Origin: the human T2T-CHM13v2.0 reference genome, Homo sapiens
DNA: 64,000 bases
NCBI RefSeq assembly: GCF_009914755.1
Contig: NC_060927.1
Reading direction: 5' to 3' (one strand)
A program made the position numbers and the translations under genes. Numbering within the stretch: position 1 is the stretch's first letter; every line of letters starts with the position of its first letter. Shown here one piece after another: positions 14,630-27,138 of this stretch. Below the pieces are notes generated by a model, which was not told where the DNA came from, made no database searches, and saw only the letters and a list, made by a program, of their open reading frames with translations.

Positions 14630-14662
14630 ATGCACACACACACACGCACACACACACACACA
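14630..14662. repeat. (CA)n microsatellite
   Basis: Seen directly. Confidence 0.9.
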
Positions 14663-15069
14663 AATGGGTCAACAGAAAAGGTTTCAATAGGCTATATAAA
14701 CTATTAGTATATACTGGTAGCATGGCATAAAATGGACCATATAGAAAGAACTGAGCTTTAGAGAAATAGAAAAATTTAGGGCATCCTGTTATCTCAGATT
14801 AAGCTGGAATTACTTCACCATTAAATTGTTAAAATGTTGAGAATGGGGAAACAAACCAACTGGTGTGGACTGCAACGTGAAAAAAATGTTAAAAATACAA
14901 CAACTCTCAGTAAATCAGGCATTACTTGTTAAATGCCTACCACCAAGTCAAAAGGAAATATATTTTAAAATAGCTATCATTCCTATCCTTGAGAAGAAAC
15001 TTGGGAGTTCAACAGAGATAACAACACAGGCTATTACATAATTCTGAGTCTTTAGATATAATCTGCACT

Positions 15070-15270
15070 CTTCAGCCTGATTTACAAAAACCTTCTACCT
15101 GGCCTCGGCCTACTAGTCCCATCCTGTGTCATTCCCCTGTCACCCATGGTAGCCCAGCCACAGTGATCTTCTTCAGTTCCCTATGTATGACAAGCCTATT
15201 CATATAGTACTGCTTTTATGAGCTCTGTTTAGACAGATGCCTCTCTCTCTCTTTCTTTCTCTCTCTCTCT

Positions 15271-15324
<54 letters not shown>

Positions 15325-15635
15325 ATCCTTGTATATCTGCATATCTGGCTCCTTCTTGTTTGTTATTAACATTTAGCCGAAATACCACCTTCTCAGAGAG
15401 ATCTTCTCTGACAATCTAAAGTACTCACCTTGTCACTCACTATAATATCACCCTATTTTAATTCTTTGCATGGTATTTTTTCTCTGATTTTCTTATTTCT
15501 GTACTTACTTCTCAATGTTTGTCCATCTCATGCTGAAATATGAATTCCATAAGAGAAAGCAAGTGGTCTACTTTTTCAATATTCTATTCCCAGATACTGG
15601 ATGATCAACAAATATGTTTGTATAAATGAATGAAC
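15070..15635 (+). mobile_element. L2 3' fragment containing a compound (CT)n(CA)n microsatellite at 15241-15322
   Basis: caccttctcagagagatcttctctgac motif and terminal aaatatgtttgtataaatgaatgaa. Confidence 0.7.
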
Positions 15636-17611
15636 ATCAGGTCTTTGGGCGGCAGCCCTCACTCTGTATGATAAAATATATGTGCCCCTAAGATTCAGTT
15701 ATTATTACTGAATTTTCATAATCATCATGTCAACATTTCTGATTAAAAATCTATCCCTTCAATAAAACAAATCTATTCACAAGTCTAATTAAGGATAAAA
15801 ATTGATGTAGTGTTCTATGCTTGGCTAAAATCAGTCCTATTCCATTCAAATTTTCACTAAACACCAGTGGTAAGAACTCAATGGCTATTAAAGTTTTTCT
15901 ACATTTGGAAGAAGAAAGAATAGGAGAAGGAAAGTAGGAGAATTATTTAAGTACACATGATGCCATGATATAAAAGATTATTTGGCTCACACATTGACTC
16001 ATCTCTGACTTGAGTGAGTAAAGCTAAATTCTCATTATTTATCTGTAGATAAATCAAAGCTAGTTGAGCTTTTTTTTCCCGGACTAAAATTAAAGATATT
16101 TGTTAAGTTCAGGAAAAACAAAATAGTCACTGTAATTTATAGGAATACAAAAATTATCAAGTGGTAGAATATCAGATCTTTTCCAAGGAAGCAAGTAAAT
16201 TATATTCTAAATACTGGAGATGTAAAAGAAAATGTCCACTTAAAATAAATAACTTTCATAATATTAATTTTTATGATTTATGATTTTCTTAATTTCTTCC
16301 ATTTAAAACACTCAAACTTTCCTAAAATGTAAAACCAGCTTGAAGCTAGCATAATATTCCTGCCCTTGTGCTTTCCTATATACTTCATATGAGATTCCTT
16401 CTTAGGAAATTCAAGGAGCTACCCAAACTCCAGAATAAAATACTAGTATTGTATGAAAAAAAAATGATTGCAAGTTTCAAAACAACTATTTGATTAACAA
16501 GGAAGCCCTCATTCCAGCCAAAGTATACAGTAATGGTGAACTAATTTATTTTCAATTCTCATAGAATGCAAAGTTAAGAACAAAAAATATTTGAGCTTAG
16601 ATTAATGACATATTGATAGGGCAAAGTGTATTATCAAAGCTTTCGGTGAGACGTCTTTTAAGAACAGAACAATGTCAAAGAATCATTGTGGAAACATTTA
16701 CTTGGAAACACTAAAAACTCAAAGACAATTACTGAAGTAATAAAAATACCACAATAACACATCTCCTTTTACCAAAAATGAGACATACAATTTATAATCT
16801 GCTACAATGCACTAAAGTAGATGTGAACATCTACAAATGTAATGTAGACTCGGCACATTAAACTGACTACTGTGCTTGCTATTCAAAAAGACTGTAGTAA
16901 CACATAATAATTTTTTAAACCTCCTAAAGACAAACACACACAATGGGCCTAACTTAGATCTACAAGAAAAGTTATAAATATCTACATGTAGTGTTAGTAA
17001 AATATTTTTTAAAAAAACTCAAGTACATGTAAGGAGAATTTTACCAAAATATATCAGCTATATTAAAAAAAATGCTCCTGGCTGTTTTATTATATTGATG
17101 ACTGTTATATAGCAAAGTAAGGGGATAATTTTAAGACATGAACTTGAGATAAATAGGTCTTTGGGGACCTCTACTTTGGTTGGGGGGTGGCAGGGGAGGG
17201 CACTGATATAAAAGAGTGATTAAGGAAGTCCTTGAGTGATTTCCCAGAGTAAAGTTTAATTTTTTTCTTGCATTCCTCTTATCCTCCCTTGGATATTCAA
17301 GTCTTCCCTCTAATTGAGTGATATCAAAGAAAGCAAGCTTGTAATCTTAAAGACCAGTAGTTGCAGTATATAGTTTTTTTAAATGGCTAATGCTATGAAA
17401 GGAGTTAACAGAAGCGTTGGGGAGGTGGAGGATTATACTTGTAAGGGCCTAGTTATTCATTTCACTACCAAGCCATGAAGGAGAAATCTGTTTTAATGCA
17501 TAAATCAATAAAATGGAGCTTTAACATGTGAGAAGCCAAGTGATAACTCTGATATACTTTCCTAAGCTATGCGGGCTGAAAGCTGGGTTATTTCATTATT
17601 TAAAAATTCTA

Positions 17612-17889
17612 GGTAGGGGACTGTGGCTCACACCTGTAATCTCAGCACTTTGGGAGGCCCATGTGGGCGGATCACTTGAGACCAGCCTGGGCAACATGGA
17701 AAGACCCTGTCTCTACTAAAAAATACAAAAATTTGCCGGGTGTGGTGACGCATTCCTATCGTCCCAGCTACTTGAAAGGCTGGGGTGGGAGGATCATCTG
17801 AACCCTGCCAGGTCAAGGCTGCAGTGAGCCATGATTGTACCACTGCCTGTGTGAAAAAGTGAAACACTGTCTCCAAAAAAAAAAAAAAA
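17612..17889 (+). mobile_element. AluJ element
   Basis: ggaggatcatctgaaccc and ggtcaaggctgcagtgagccatgatt motifs; A-tail. Confidence 0.92.
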
Positions 17890-19649
17890 TCTAAACCCTT
17901 ACTCTACTGTAGTTTTTGGCCCCATTAATGAATCAACAAAAAGCAACCAACACAATTTTTTGATAAAAGCTCCATTATAGGCCATTTTACTTCAATGTTT
18001 GTTTCATATTTTAGGTTTTAAGATAATACTCTAAATCACCAGTGTCTCCTCTAGTTGTGCCAAGACCAATCAACCAAAACTACCACCACACAACCTCCCA
18101 TGTCTGGGGGGTCCAGGAATACTAGAAAGGATGGTGGAGAATATATCTTAAGACATGGATATCCTTTTGCAGACCTAATTGCCTAAAGGGGTAGTGGATA
18201 AGGGCTATTGCAAGGCTACTGTTTCTCTGTCTGCTCAGCAGTGAGGTTTCATTGCTCCTAGGACACTGGTAAATGAATAATATCAAGGTATTTGCAACAT
18301 GGTTCAATGACTGTTCACATAAATCCAACTCTAAAGTAACTGTAAAGTAGCCTATCTCCCTTCAAGCAAATAAAGAGAATTGCTACATCAATGGAAGATT
18401 TTGAATAAAACTGAAAAGCAGATCTAATTAATAAGATATGGACAACTCAATGAAAAAAACATCAGAAGTAAGACCAGAGGACTTTTTTTTTCAAATTTTA
18501 AGGATCTAGATTTTACCAGCAGTGAGGTTCTCAACACAATGTAAGAACATAAATACAAAAAACAATCACCTAAATCTAACATTAAAGCGTAAGAATATTC
18601 TTCGCCATCTAAATGTTCATCATTGATATTTAATCACTATCTTTTTAATGTGAATTTGGAATCAGATTTTTAGTTCACTTCCTGTGCCTCCATCCACTCA
18701 AATGAGTTAGTGGTTTCTTGAAAATGACTTAACCCCTAATAGATAATCAATAGTCTTCCAATCACCAAATCATGTATTTCCTCCTTTTATACTCTTTAAC
18801 CTACACAATGCTTGAAAAACTGCTCGCTTTGAACCTTCTGGAAGCTCTCATATCTGTGGCTTCTATAATTTTGGTACTGTGACTTTCCCCTACTTTGATT
18901 ATTCCTCCAGTAAGTACTATTAAAATACTTCCTCTATCCAAGTTCTAATCATGGGGACTTTCTACAAATCAATCCTTAGCTCTCTCCTTCCTCTTTCCTT
19001 TGATTTCTTATTTGTCTCATACCTTGAATTGGCATTTCTAGAGGATGACTCACAGATTTCTAACTCATGGTCTTTCAAACTGAAGTCTCTCATATCCAAC
19101 TTTTTTTTGAACAGCTTAATTTAGAGGAACTAGGCTTGGCATGTTCTTTGCTCTCGGATGTCACTTTGTCCTACTGTCATACCAGTTGAAAAATCTGTTT
19201 TTAAAGAGATATTTTTAAAATCCACGTATTTTTTATCCTTGTTACTGCATTCAGAAACTTCCAGGTCACTCTCCTATTTATTTAACAATCTGTCTTGAAT
19301 AAAGCCACCATTTTCCTTGACAACCTTACAGTCTAACTTACAGTTTTTTATCTATCTAAACTGCCATTTTCCTTGATATCTAGGGTGAATTTTTTATTAG
19401 TTACTTCAAACCAAGCCCTATCCAAATCATTATAGATCCAAATTATTACACAGAAATAATGGAGCATTGAGCTGCTTTATTGGCTAACACCACACAATGT
19501 TTCACCAAATTAATGCACTTATCAAACACATAAGAATTATTAAGAGATGTGATAAAAGACCATGTTACTATTTTCTTTGGAATTTAGAATATATATTAGA
19601 TAGGTACATTTAATATAAAACACATAACATTTTAGATTATTAGGAATCA

Positions 19650-21735
19650 CTGTGAAAAGTTTGCCGCCACCCTCACCATCCCTGTTACTCTTAGACATCA
19701 AGCAAAATTTTGGCCCTACTGCTCCCACATTCCCTTCAGGACTCCCATCACCACACTACTCTTCCTTCTCCCTTGACTCCATCCCTTCTAAAATTGTCTA
19801 CCCTGCCCTCTGCAAACCACCTTCCATGATAGCAAATATCCTTATATTCTCAATCCATCAATGAATTCTTCAACCATCAACTTCCTTGCCTACTGTTTAC
19901 CTGTTATACAGCCCTGACAAAAACCCTGGCTGTTCTTCTTTGTGGCTCAATCCTAGCTGCTGAATTCTGCTGGACATAATCACATACATTTACAAGCTGG
20001 AATCACCCATAAATATGATGTCCCATTTCAACTTGTCTCCAAGGTTATGTATGTCTTATCAACCCACTTTAACCTTTTTTACTCCCCACAGATCTTCACA
20101 TGCTTCGCCTTGTTATTCACTGTCAGCAAATAATGTCACACTAACTTATCAAACAAGAGATTAAAACATCAGTGATATCTCATTCAACTCTGCCATCAAA
20201 CCCATGAACTTGTTGCATCTAAACACCTCCTTTTCTTTTTCCCTTCTATGATTACAACAGACAATAAGGTCCCTCTTCCTGTCTTTGCTCTACACTGCCT
20301 CTCCTCTATACTTCCAAGACCGCAGAACTCTTCTTCCACTGATTTTTACTTTTCCTAATACTGTTGTGCCTTTTCTCTTCTATTCCTCATGTCAGTTTAG
20401 TATAGAATACATAATTCACTTATATGAAATATACAGAGTGCTGGCGTATGGATTCTTCAGATTACAAAAAGCACTGTGCTTATCACAACAATGACTTTGT
20501 CCACTGGACACTTCTATTTTCTTAACTTCAGTAATCTCTGGCAGTTTTGCTCATTCTCCTCTTGACATCTTAGCTTCTTTGGTATCACACCATCCTGGTT
20601 TTCCTTCTACTTCTCCAGCCTCTTTTTTTAAGTCTCCTCTGCGGGATCCTCTTCTGTTGCAAGGCCTTTAAATGACTTTCCTTAGATATTGGTCCTAAGT
20701 CCTCTTCTTGGCCTACATGCTATTATGAGGTAATCACAATCATTGCCATTGTTTTTGCTACCATACTTAAGCTGACAAATCTTTATCTTCCAGCCCAATT
20801 CTAAGTTTCAGACCCATACATCAAAATCATTAGGGTGTCTCATTTGAATGCCCTAAGGTACTTCTAACTCACATCTGAAACTGAACATCCAATGTCATGT
20901 CCTCTGCAGCCCTCTATCCCGTCTGTACCATACAAAATTCTTTCTCTAGATTTCCCTGTCTCAATACTGGCATTATCACAGACCTAACTAGTCAACTCAG
21001 AAAACTGTATGTCACTGCAAACTTCTCTCTCCTACCATTTCCCCATATCCAGTCAAGTAGTAGATCAAGTACTATCAATTCTACCTCCTAAATAACTCTC
21101 AAATGTTTCCACTTCTATTTCCATTGATACTTTCCAGTACAGGCCACTATCATCTCACCTAGAATATTTCGATGGCTTCCGAAATGATTGTTCAGCTTCT
21201 AGTTTTTCCCCCAACACTGTAGTTTATTCACCCTACTACAGCCAGAATAATCTTTGTAAAATGCAAATCTGACCACAAGATCCTTTCACTGAAATACCCA
21301 CCGTTCTTCATATAAGGGAGCTTCATCCTAGTCTTCAGTCTTATTTGTAGTCATTCTACTTTTGAACTCTAATCTTAAATCACACTGAAATTCTTTATGT
21401 TTAGCAGAGGGCAAGCTCATAGCATAAACTCTTTACAATCATCTGGCTAACAGCTACTCATCCTTCAGGTTGTGGCTTAGATAGACATCACACCTTCCTT
21501 GATCCACCATTACCACAGTTGGATTCTCTACCAATATACTCACTGTGCAACTGTTAATTCCTCTAGGAAAGCACTTACTATTCTGTGTTTATTGATCATT
21601 TACTTCTCTCTGCTGAGCACCCCCAAATCTGGCTACTAGTCATAAACACCATGGTATCTTTTTCAATGTTTTATTTCCAGCACTTAGAACAATGCCTAGT
21701 ACACGCAAGGCACTCAAATATTTACTGAATGACAA
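19650..21735 (+). mobile_element. Long, highly diverged L2 relic
   Basis: Pyrimidine-rich L2-like sequence (aaatgcaaatctgacca; cagcacttagaacaatgcctagtacac; ggcactcaaatatttactgaatga terminus). Confidence 0.7.
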
Positions 21736-22358
21736 AAAATGAACTTTAAAAGCTTAAGAAAAGCTGCTACTCCGATAGTTACTGGTTCTATCATATTTCA
21801 TACAAAAAACAAACAATATTTGCTATATACCACGTTAGTAAGTTTAAGAAACCAGGTATCAAGAATACTATCTACACAAAATGTTCACTAAGAATTATGT
21901 GCATTAAACATGTGTATTAAATGTAAGCATATTACATATAGTCTATGCTCCCAAATTATGGCCACAAATTTCTTAGAAAAGTAATAATTTATTTCCTTAG
22001 CTTTCCCTTTGCCAAGTGATTACTGCTGTGCATTAACTCAATAATTCTTAATCATCATAACTTGACATTTATTTGCCAGAAAACTCTCTGCCCATTTGGT
22101 TTTATGCAAATTCTGAGATGGGTCATATTTAAAAGAAAACATGGAATAAGTGAATTTTAGGAGAAACTTCAAAGGAAGAGAGGTCAAAGAGAACAGAGGA
22201 TAAAACAGGAGAGTATATTAACTTTTGAAACCCTAAAAGGAGAAAAATTCAAGTGCTAGAATTATCAGGGACAATAAAACAGAGTTCATACATTACAACT
22301 TAAGATAGGAAAGAGAAAGACAGATGGAGGAAAGAGGCATTAAGCAATTATTAATTAA

Positions 22359-22762
22359 CATAAGTGGAGGTACTCAAACTGATAAAACAACACAGTTTGC
22401 TCGTTCATCATTTACTGAGCAGTGCCCATGTGCCAAGTACTAGGTATACATACATTTCCAACACAATTCCTGCCCTCATAAAGCTCACATTTGAGACCAG
22501 GAGACAAAAAATAAACAAGGAAACAAATTAATATAGATTATATATTGAGAACATCTTAATATATATATATAGAGACAATATAATCTATATTAATTTGTTT
22601 CCTTGTTTATTTTTTGTCTCCTGGTCTCAGATGTGAGCTTTATGAGGGCAGGAATTGTGTTGGAAATGTATGTATACCTAGTACTTGGCACATGGGCACT
22701 GCTCAGTAAATGATGAACGAGCAAACTGTGTTGTTTTATCAGTTTGAGTACCTCCACTTATG
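22359..22762. repeat. Near-perfect inverted repeat: arms 22359-22547 and 22576-22762, 28-bp AT-rich spacer
   Basis: The right arm is the reverse complement of the left arm; by eye they differ by one substitution and one 2-bp indel. Confidence 0.97.
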
Positions 22763-23005
22763 AGAACACATGGACACAGGAAGGGGAACATCACACTCTG
22801 GGGACTGTTGTGGGGTGGGGGGAGGGGGGAGGGGGGAGAGATAGCATTGGGAGATATACCTAATGCTAGATGACGAGTTAGTGGGTGCAGCGCACCAGCA
22901 TAGCACATGTATACATATGTAACTAACCTGCACATTGTGCACATGTACCCTAAAACTTAAAGTATAATAATAATAAATTAAAAACAAAATAAAAATTAAA
23001 AAAAA
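22760..23005 (+). mobile_element. Short 5'-truncated L1 3' end, L1PA2-like; TSD GATTATATATTG at 22536-22547 and 23007-23018
   Basis: gcattgggagatatacctaatgctagatgacgagttagtgggtgcagcgcacc diagnostic segment, followed by an A-rich tail. Confidence 0.92.
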
Positions 23006-23739
23006 GGATTATATATTGTTGAATGCTCTGAATGAATCAAAAATAATGTCAGAAAAATGGCATGTGTGAAGGCCCAGAGTTTAGAACTGGCTTAGCATAT
23101 CTGAGCAAGACCAGACAGACAAGAAGACAGCCATGCACATCACAGTCAACAATCTGGATTTTATTGTTAATATAATGGGAAGTCACTAAAGAGTTGTAAG
23201 CCAGGGAAGAAAGTAAAAAGACTTTTTCATCTCTAAGATGACTCCAGCTAGTTAGCCCAGAGTAGGGTTTATAGTACTTCAGACACCATTTTTATACTTT
23301 AGCCAGATATCTAGATATCTTCAGCAGAAGAAACCCATCTTTTAATCAAATTTAAATCCACCTCTACTATATGGAAAACAACACTAAAGATCATGATAGG
23401 ACAGCATCATCTTATTATATCGACATCAGTCAACTATTTTAAATTACCAATTTCTTCATTAATAAAGCCAGGACATACCTTCCTAATTCTAAAACATGTC
23501 ATTGTAATGGAAAGAAAGGAATACTTGGGAAAAAAACAAAATTATAGGAAGCAAAACGGAGTTGGCAGGATTCTGAACATCTTGGATTTTTTTTAAGTTG
23601 CCAAATATTTTATGAATGACAATAGAAAGCAAGCTTTGAAACAGATAGTATATTAAAAGGCAAAGAAAGGTTAGGCAATTATTTAAATATATAAAAGCTA
23701 TTAAGTAAGAAGGTGAATACTGTGACATACAAAATTTAA

Positions 23740-24058
23740 GGAGGTGAATTGATCAGGGGCTGATCCTTCATGAATGGTTTTGCACCATCCCCTTGGTGAC
23801 AAGTGAGTTCTCAGTTCACTTGAGATCTAGTTGCTTAAGAGTCTGGGGCATCCCACCATCTCTCTTACTCCTGAGATATACCTCCTCCCCCTTTGCCTTT
23901 TGCCATGATTGGAAGCTTCCTAAGGCCCTCACCAGGAGCAGATACCTGTGTCATGCTTCCTGTACAGCCTGCAGAAGCATAAGCCAATTAAAGCAATTTT
24001 CTTTATAAATTGCCAGCCTCAGGTATTTCTTCACAGTGATGTAAAAACAGACTAACAA
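23740..24058 (+). mobile_element. MST-type (ERVL-MaLR) LTR, 5'-truncated
   Basis: gccatgattggaagcttcctaaggccctcacca; cttcctgtacagcctgcagaa; ctcaggtatttctt. Confidence 0.85.
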
Positions 24059-25369
24059 AGGATCCCCTACAGAAAAATTTCTCTCATCACTGATGACATT
24101 CCAATCTCTTATAAGCTTGTGAAAACGAGTGATTCCAACAATATTATTTAATTAATAGGTTTGCTATACCTGAATTTTGATATTGTTATCTTAAATTTAA
24201 AATAAAGTGATTACTTCTTCATTTTATTGGTCATTAAAGGTTAAGAGCAAATAATCATAAATAGTCTAACAAATATTTTTGCTTTTTTGTTTTTAACTAA
24301 ATTACTAGTAACTTGTCAGTTATTAAACTTTGATCATAGATCTTGGAATTTTATGTGGTAATTAATGTAAACTAAACTGAACAGGGCACACAGAAAATGT
24401 CATATTTTCTATGCTGTTCTCTATTTGAAAAAACAATTAAAGCAGTTAAAAGTTTAATTCACATGGAAAATATCTCCTAAGACTTTGCATATATATCTGT
24501 ATATATTTTTACTAATAGAACCTATGACAAGAAATGTTTTTAAAAATTACACATAACTTCTACACAGGCAAAGCACTAAAGTGCAGTGTTTAAATACTTA
24601 GAAAATGAGTCATCCAGTAGTAACAAATTCCCTAAAGATTATGGCAGAAATGTGTAAAAAGCTTCAAAATACTTGAAGAAAGCCCAGGTAAGACATATAT
24701 TAAAATAAGCAAACATAATAGAAAGGTGATGATTTTCTTCAAATAATATGACAACCTCATTAAAATGCAACACATTTTCCTGTAAAAAGAAAATCAAAGA
24801 AGATGAAATAGATGCTTTATATAAAATATTTACCTATACAATGCACAAAGCCCACTATGGTTAGTAACCTTTATGGCTTTGAAGAACAAGATATTTACAT
24901 ATCTTTCTTTCTGCATGTGCATGTGCGTATGTGTGTTTTGTATATATTTTTAACAGTTGACAGCTGTTTTAGAGCATACAGAGATGCCAAGCTGAATGAG
25001 GGTCTTGATTACTTCAAGATTAGCTATCGAAAGTTTCTATTCATTTTAAGTGTTGTTAGTTGGAAGAGTCATTAGTCACTTCCTTGTCTCATAGAACATC
25101 AGCATACATTTACATTGTTAATGAACATTTGGGGTAAATGAATTAATGGCACTTTTAAACATCAATTCAGTCCTAATAACTTAGTATGTCATAGAAATGT
25201 TAGGCTAGGATATAAACGAAAAGCCTTTTTAGTAAAGGTAACTACTCATTCCTGTAAACAATAAAGGATAAAATTAATTTAAAATGTTATTTTAACCAGG
25301 TTAAAAAAAAAAACCTCAGTATTTAATGAAATAGACCATATAAAAATACGTGCTTAAAAAACAAACAGC

Positions 25370-25580
<211 letters not shown>

Positions 25581-26531
25581 ACTATGTCCTCAAATAACCA
25601 TAGTAATCAGAAATAGTATGAAATATTTTGGTGAAACTATTTTATACACTTGTAACACAAAGACATTCACTTTTAAAACATCCACTTACAGAAGTACTTG
25701 CAAAATAATTTGATTTATTTAACTACGAATGCTTCTTATGAGTATTACATTTAAGAGAAAATATCACTAGAAAAGGTGTCATGCCTAGCACTGAGATATT
25801 AAAATAACTGAAATTGAAATGAACACTATTTTCATATTATCAAAATATTAAACATAAGTCTTGAGTTCTTATTTAACAAAAAATATAAAAATTTAAAAAT
25901 TAAATCACAAAAATAAGCTGGACAAATTCTCTCCCATTTTTATTAAAAATAACAATGGCATTTGTATGTAGGAGGTATTAAAGATGCACAAAAAGCATAA
26001 AAATTCTGCATAAAATTTGTGTTCTAAAGAAATAGCCACTTTAGGTGGGGGTCAATTCTTTTTTTAAATTCTCAAAACATGAGTTAAAAGCAGACTTTGG
26101 CATCAGTATAAACAGAAAAAATCATTTTGTTTGAAGAAAATAACACACATGATTTACTATGACTAATTTTCCTTTTTATAACAGTTTGTCTGTATACTTT
26201 GACTAATTTATGTTTTAAAATAGATGTCACAATCTTGATACCTGCATTCCACAAGTGAAAAATTACAAGCAGCCACTGAGTCAATTAACTTTATCAAATA
26301 TTTAGTGAACTGCTTAAAAACTAAGGATAAGGCTTCAAAAATTCTCACAAACTCAATTGCTTCTGTCTAAGAAACTATGTTATTACTATCATTAAGTAAA
26401 TACTGAGAAAATAGTAGAGTTCTGATACATAAACATTTGATACATTTTTATAGGGTAGAACCTGAATACGGTCTACATTTTAACTGTCTACCACTTAATA
26501 ATTTCAGTGTATAGATCTTTTAAAATATAAC

Positions 26532-26605
26532 ACAAATTTCAATTACTTTAAAAAAAAAAAGAGGATGAACAAATTTCAATTACTTTAAAAAAAAAAGAGG
26601 ATGAA
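26532..26605. repeat. 37-bp tandem duplication
   Basis: acaaatttcaattacttt(A)11gaggatga is repeated with (A)10. Confidence 0.95.
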
Positions 26606-27006
26606 TCAAGTCTTTTATCCTGGAATAATCTCAATCTGCTGAAAGGGGAAAAAAATCCCTGCAAAATCAACACCAAAAATTTAAGAATCTTTAAAAGATG
26701 TTCGACCAAGGCCCTTTCGCATTTCAACATTCTTATGCTGAAGTCATTGTTCAGTTTATTATTTTATTTTAAAGAACGACAGTGCGTTAAACATTTGGCT
26801 AATGCTTCCATGAATAACTGTGGCTTGTTGAAGTATTCATTAGTGTCAAGAGTGCTCTGTACATATCCAGAATAACATACTTAACACTGGCCTGCTCACT
26901 TCATCAAAATGTGTTCACACACATAAGGTGGACACAGCTAACTGAGGGCCCTCTGCTAGGTTTCCCAGTACACTACCTACAAATAGTATTGGCATACAAA
27001 ACTCAC

Positions 27007-27103
27007 CTCCAGACTTGTTAGAGTAACTGGACAAGGGGTCAATGCCTACTTCTTGTTCTTCTGGCTGCAGAGGATGTCTAGTTTCAGATAAGGAATGATA
27101 CAT
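27007..27103 (-). CDS. TBC1D5: First coding segment (97 nt, 32 codons + 1 nt, phase-1 donor) of TBC1 domain family member 5 (Rab7 GAP, retromer-associated)
   Basis: ATG at 27103 in CCCACAATGT context. Translation MYHSLSETRHPLQPEEQEVGIDPLSSYSNKSG matches my recollection of the TBC1D5 N-terminus. Strong donor GAG|GTGAGT at 27007/27006. The ORF-track continuation (EFCMPIL...) is intron read-through. Confidence 0.92.
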
Positions 27104-27138
27104 TGTGGGAACTGGACAGCGTCACCAAAAGTAACTAC
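27104..27138 (-). other. TBC1D5: 5' UTR part (35 nt) of the TBC1D5 start-codon exon; whole exon 27007-27138
   Basis: Minus-strand acceptor ttctctgtattttttcacctccCAG|GTAGTTAC at 27139/27138. In-frame TGA ends 18 nt before the ATG, which supports this ATG as the start. Confidence 0.88.

Noticed and set aside
26915-27006. ORF-track extension EFCMPILFVGSV... as coding sequence
   Set aside because: Lies past a consensus GTGAGT donor; it is intron read-through ending at a stop.
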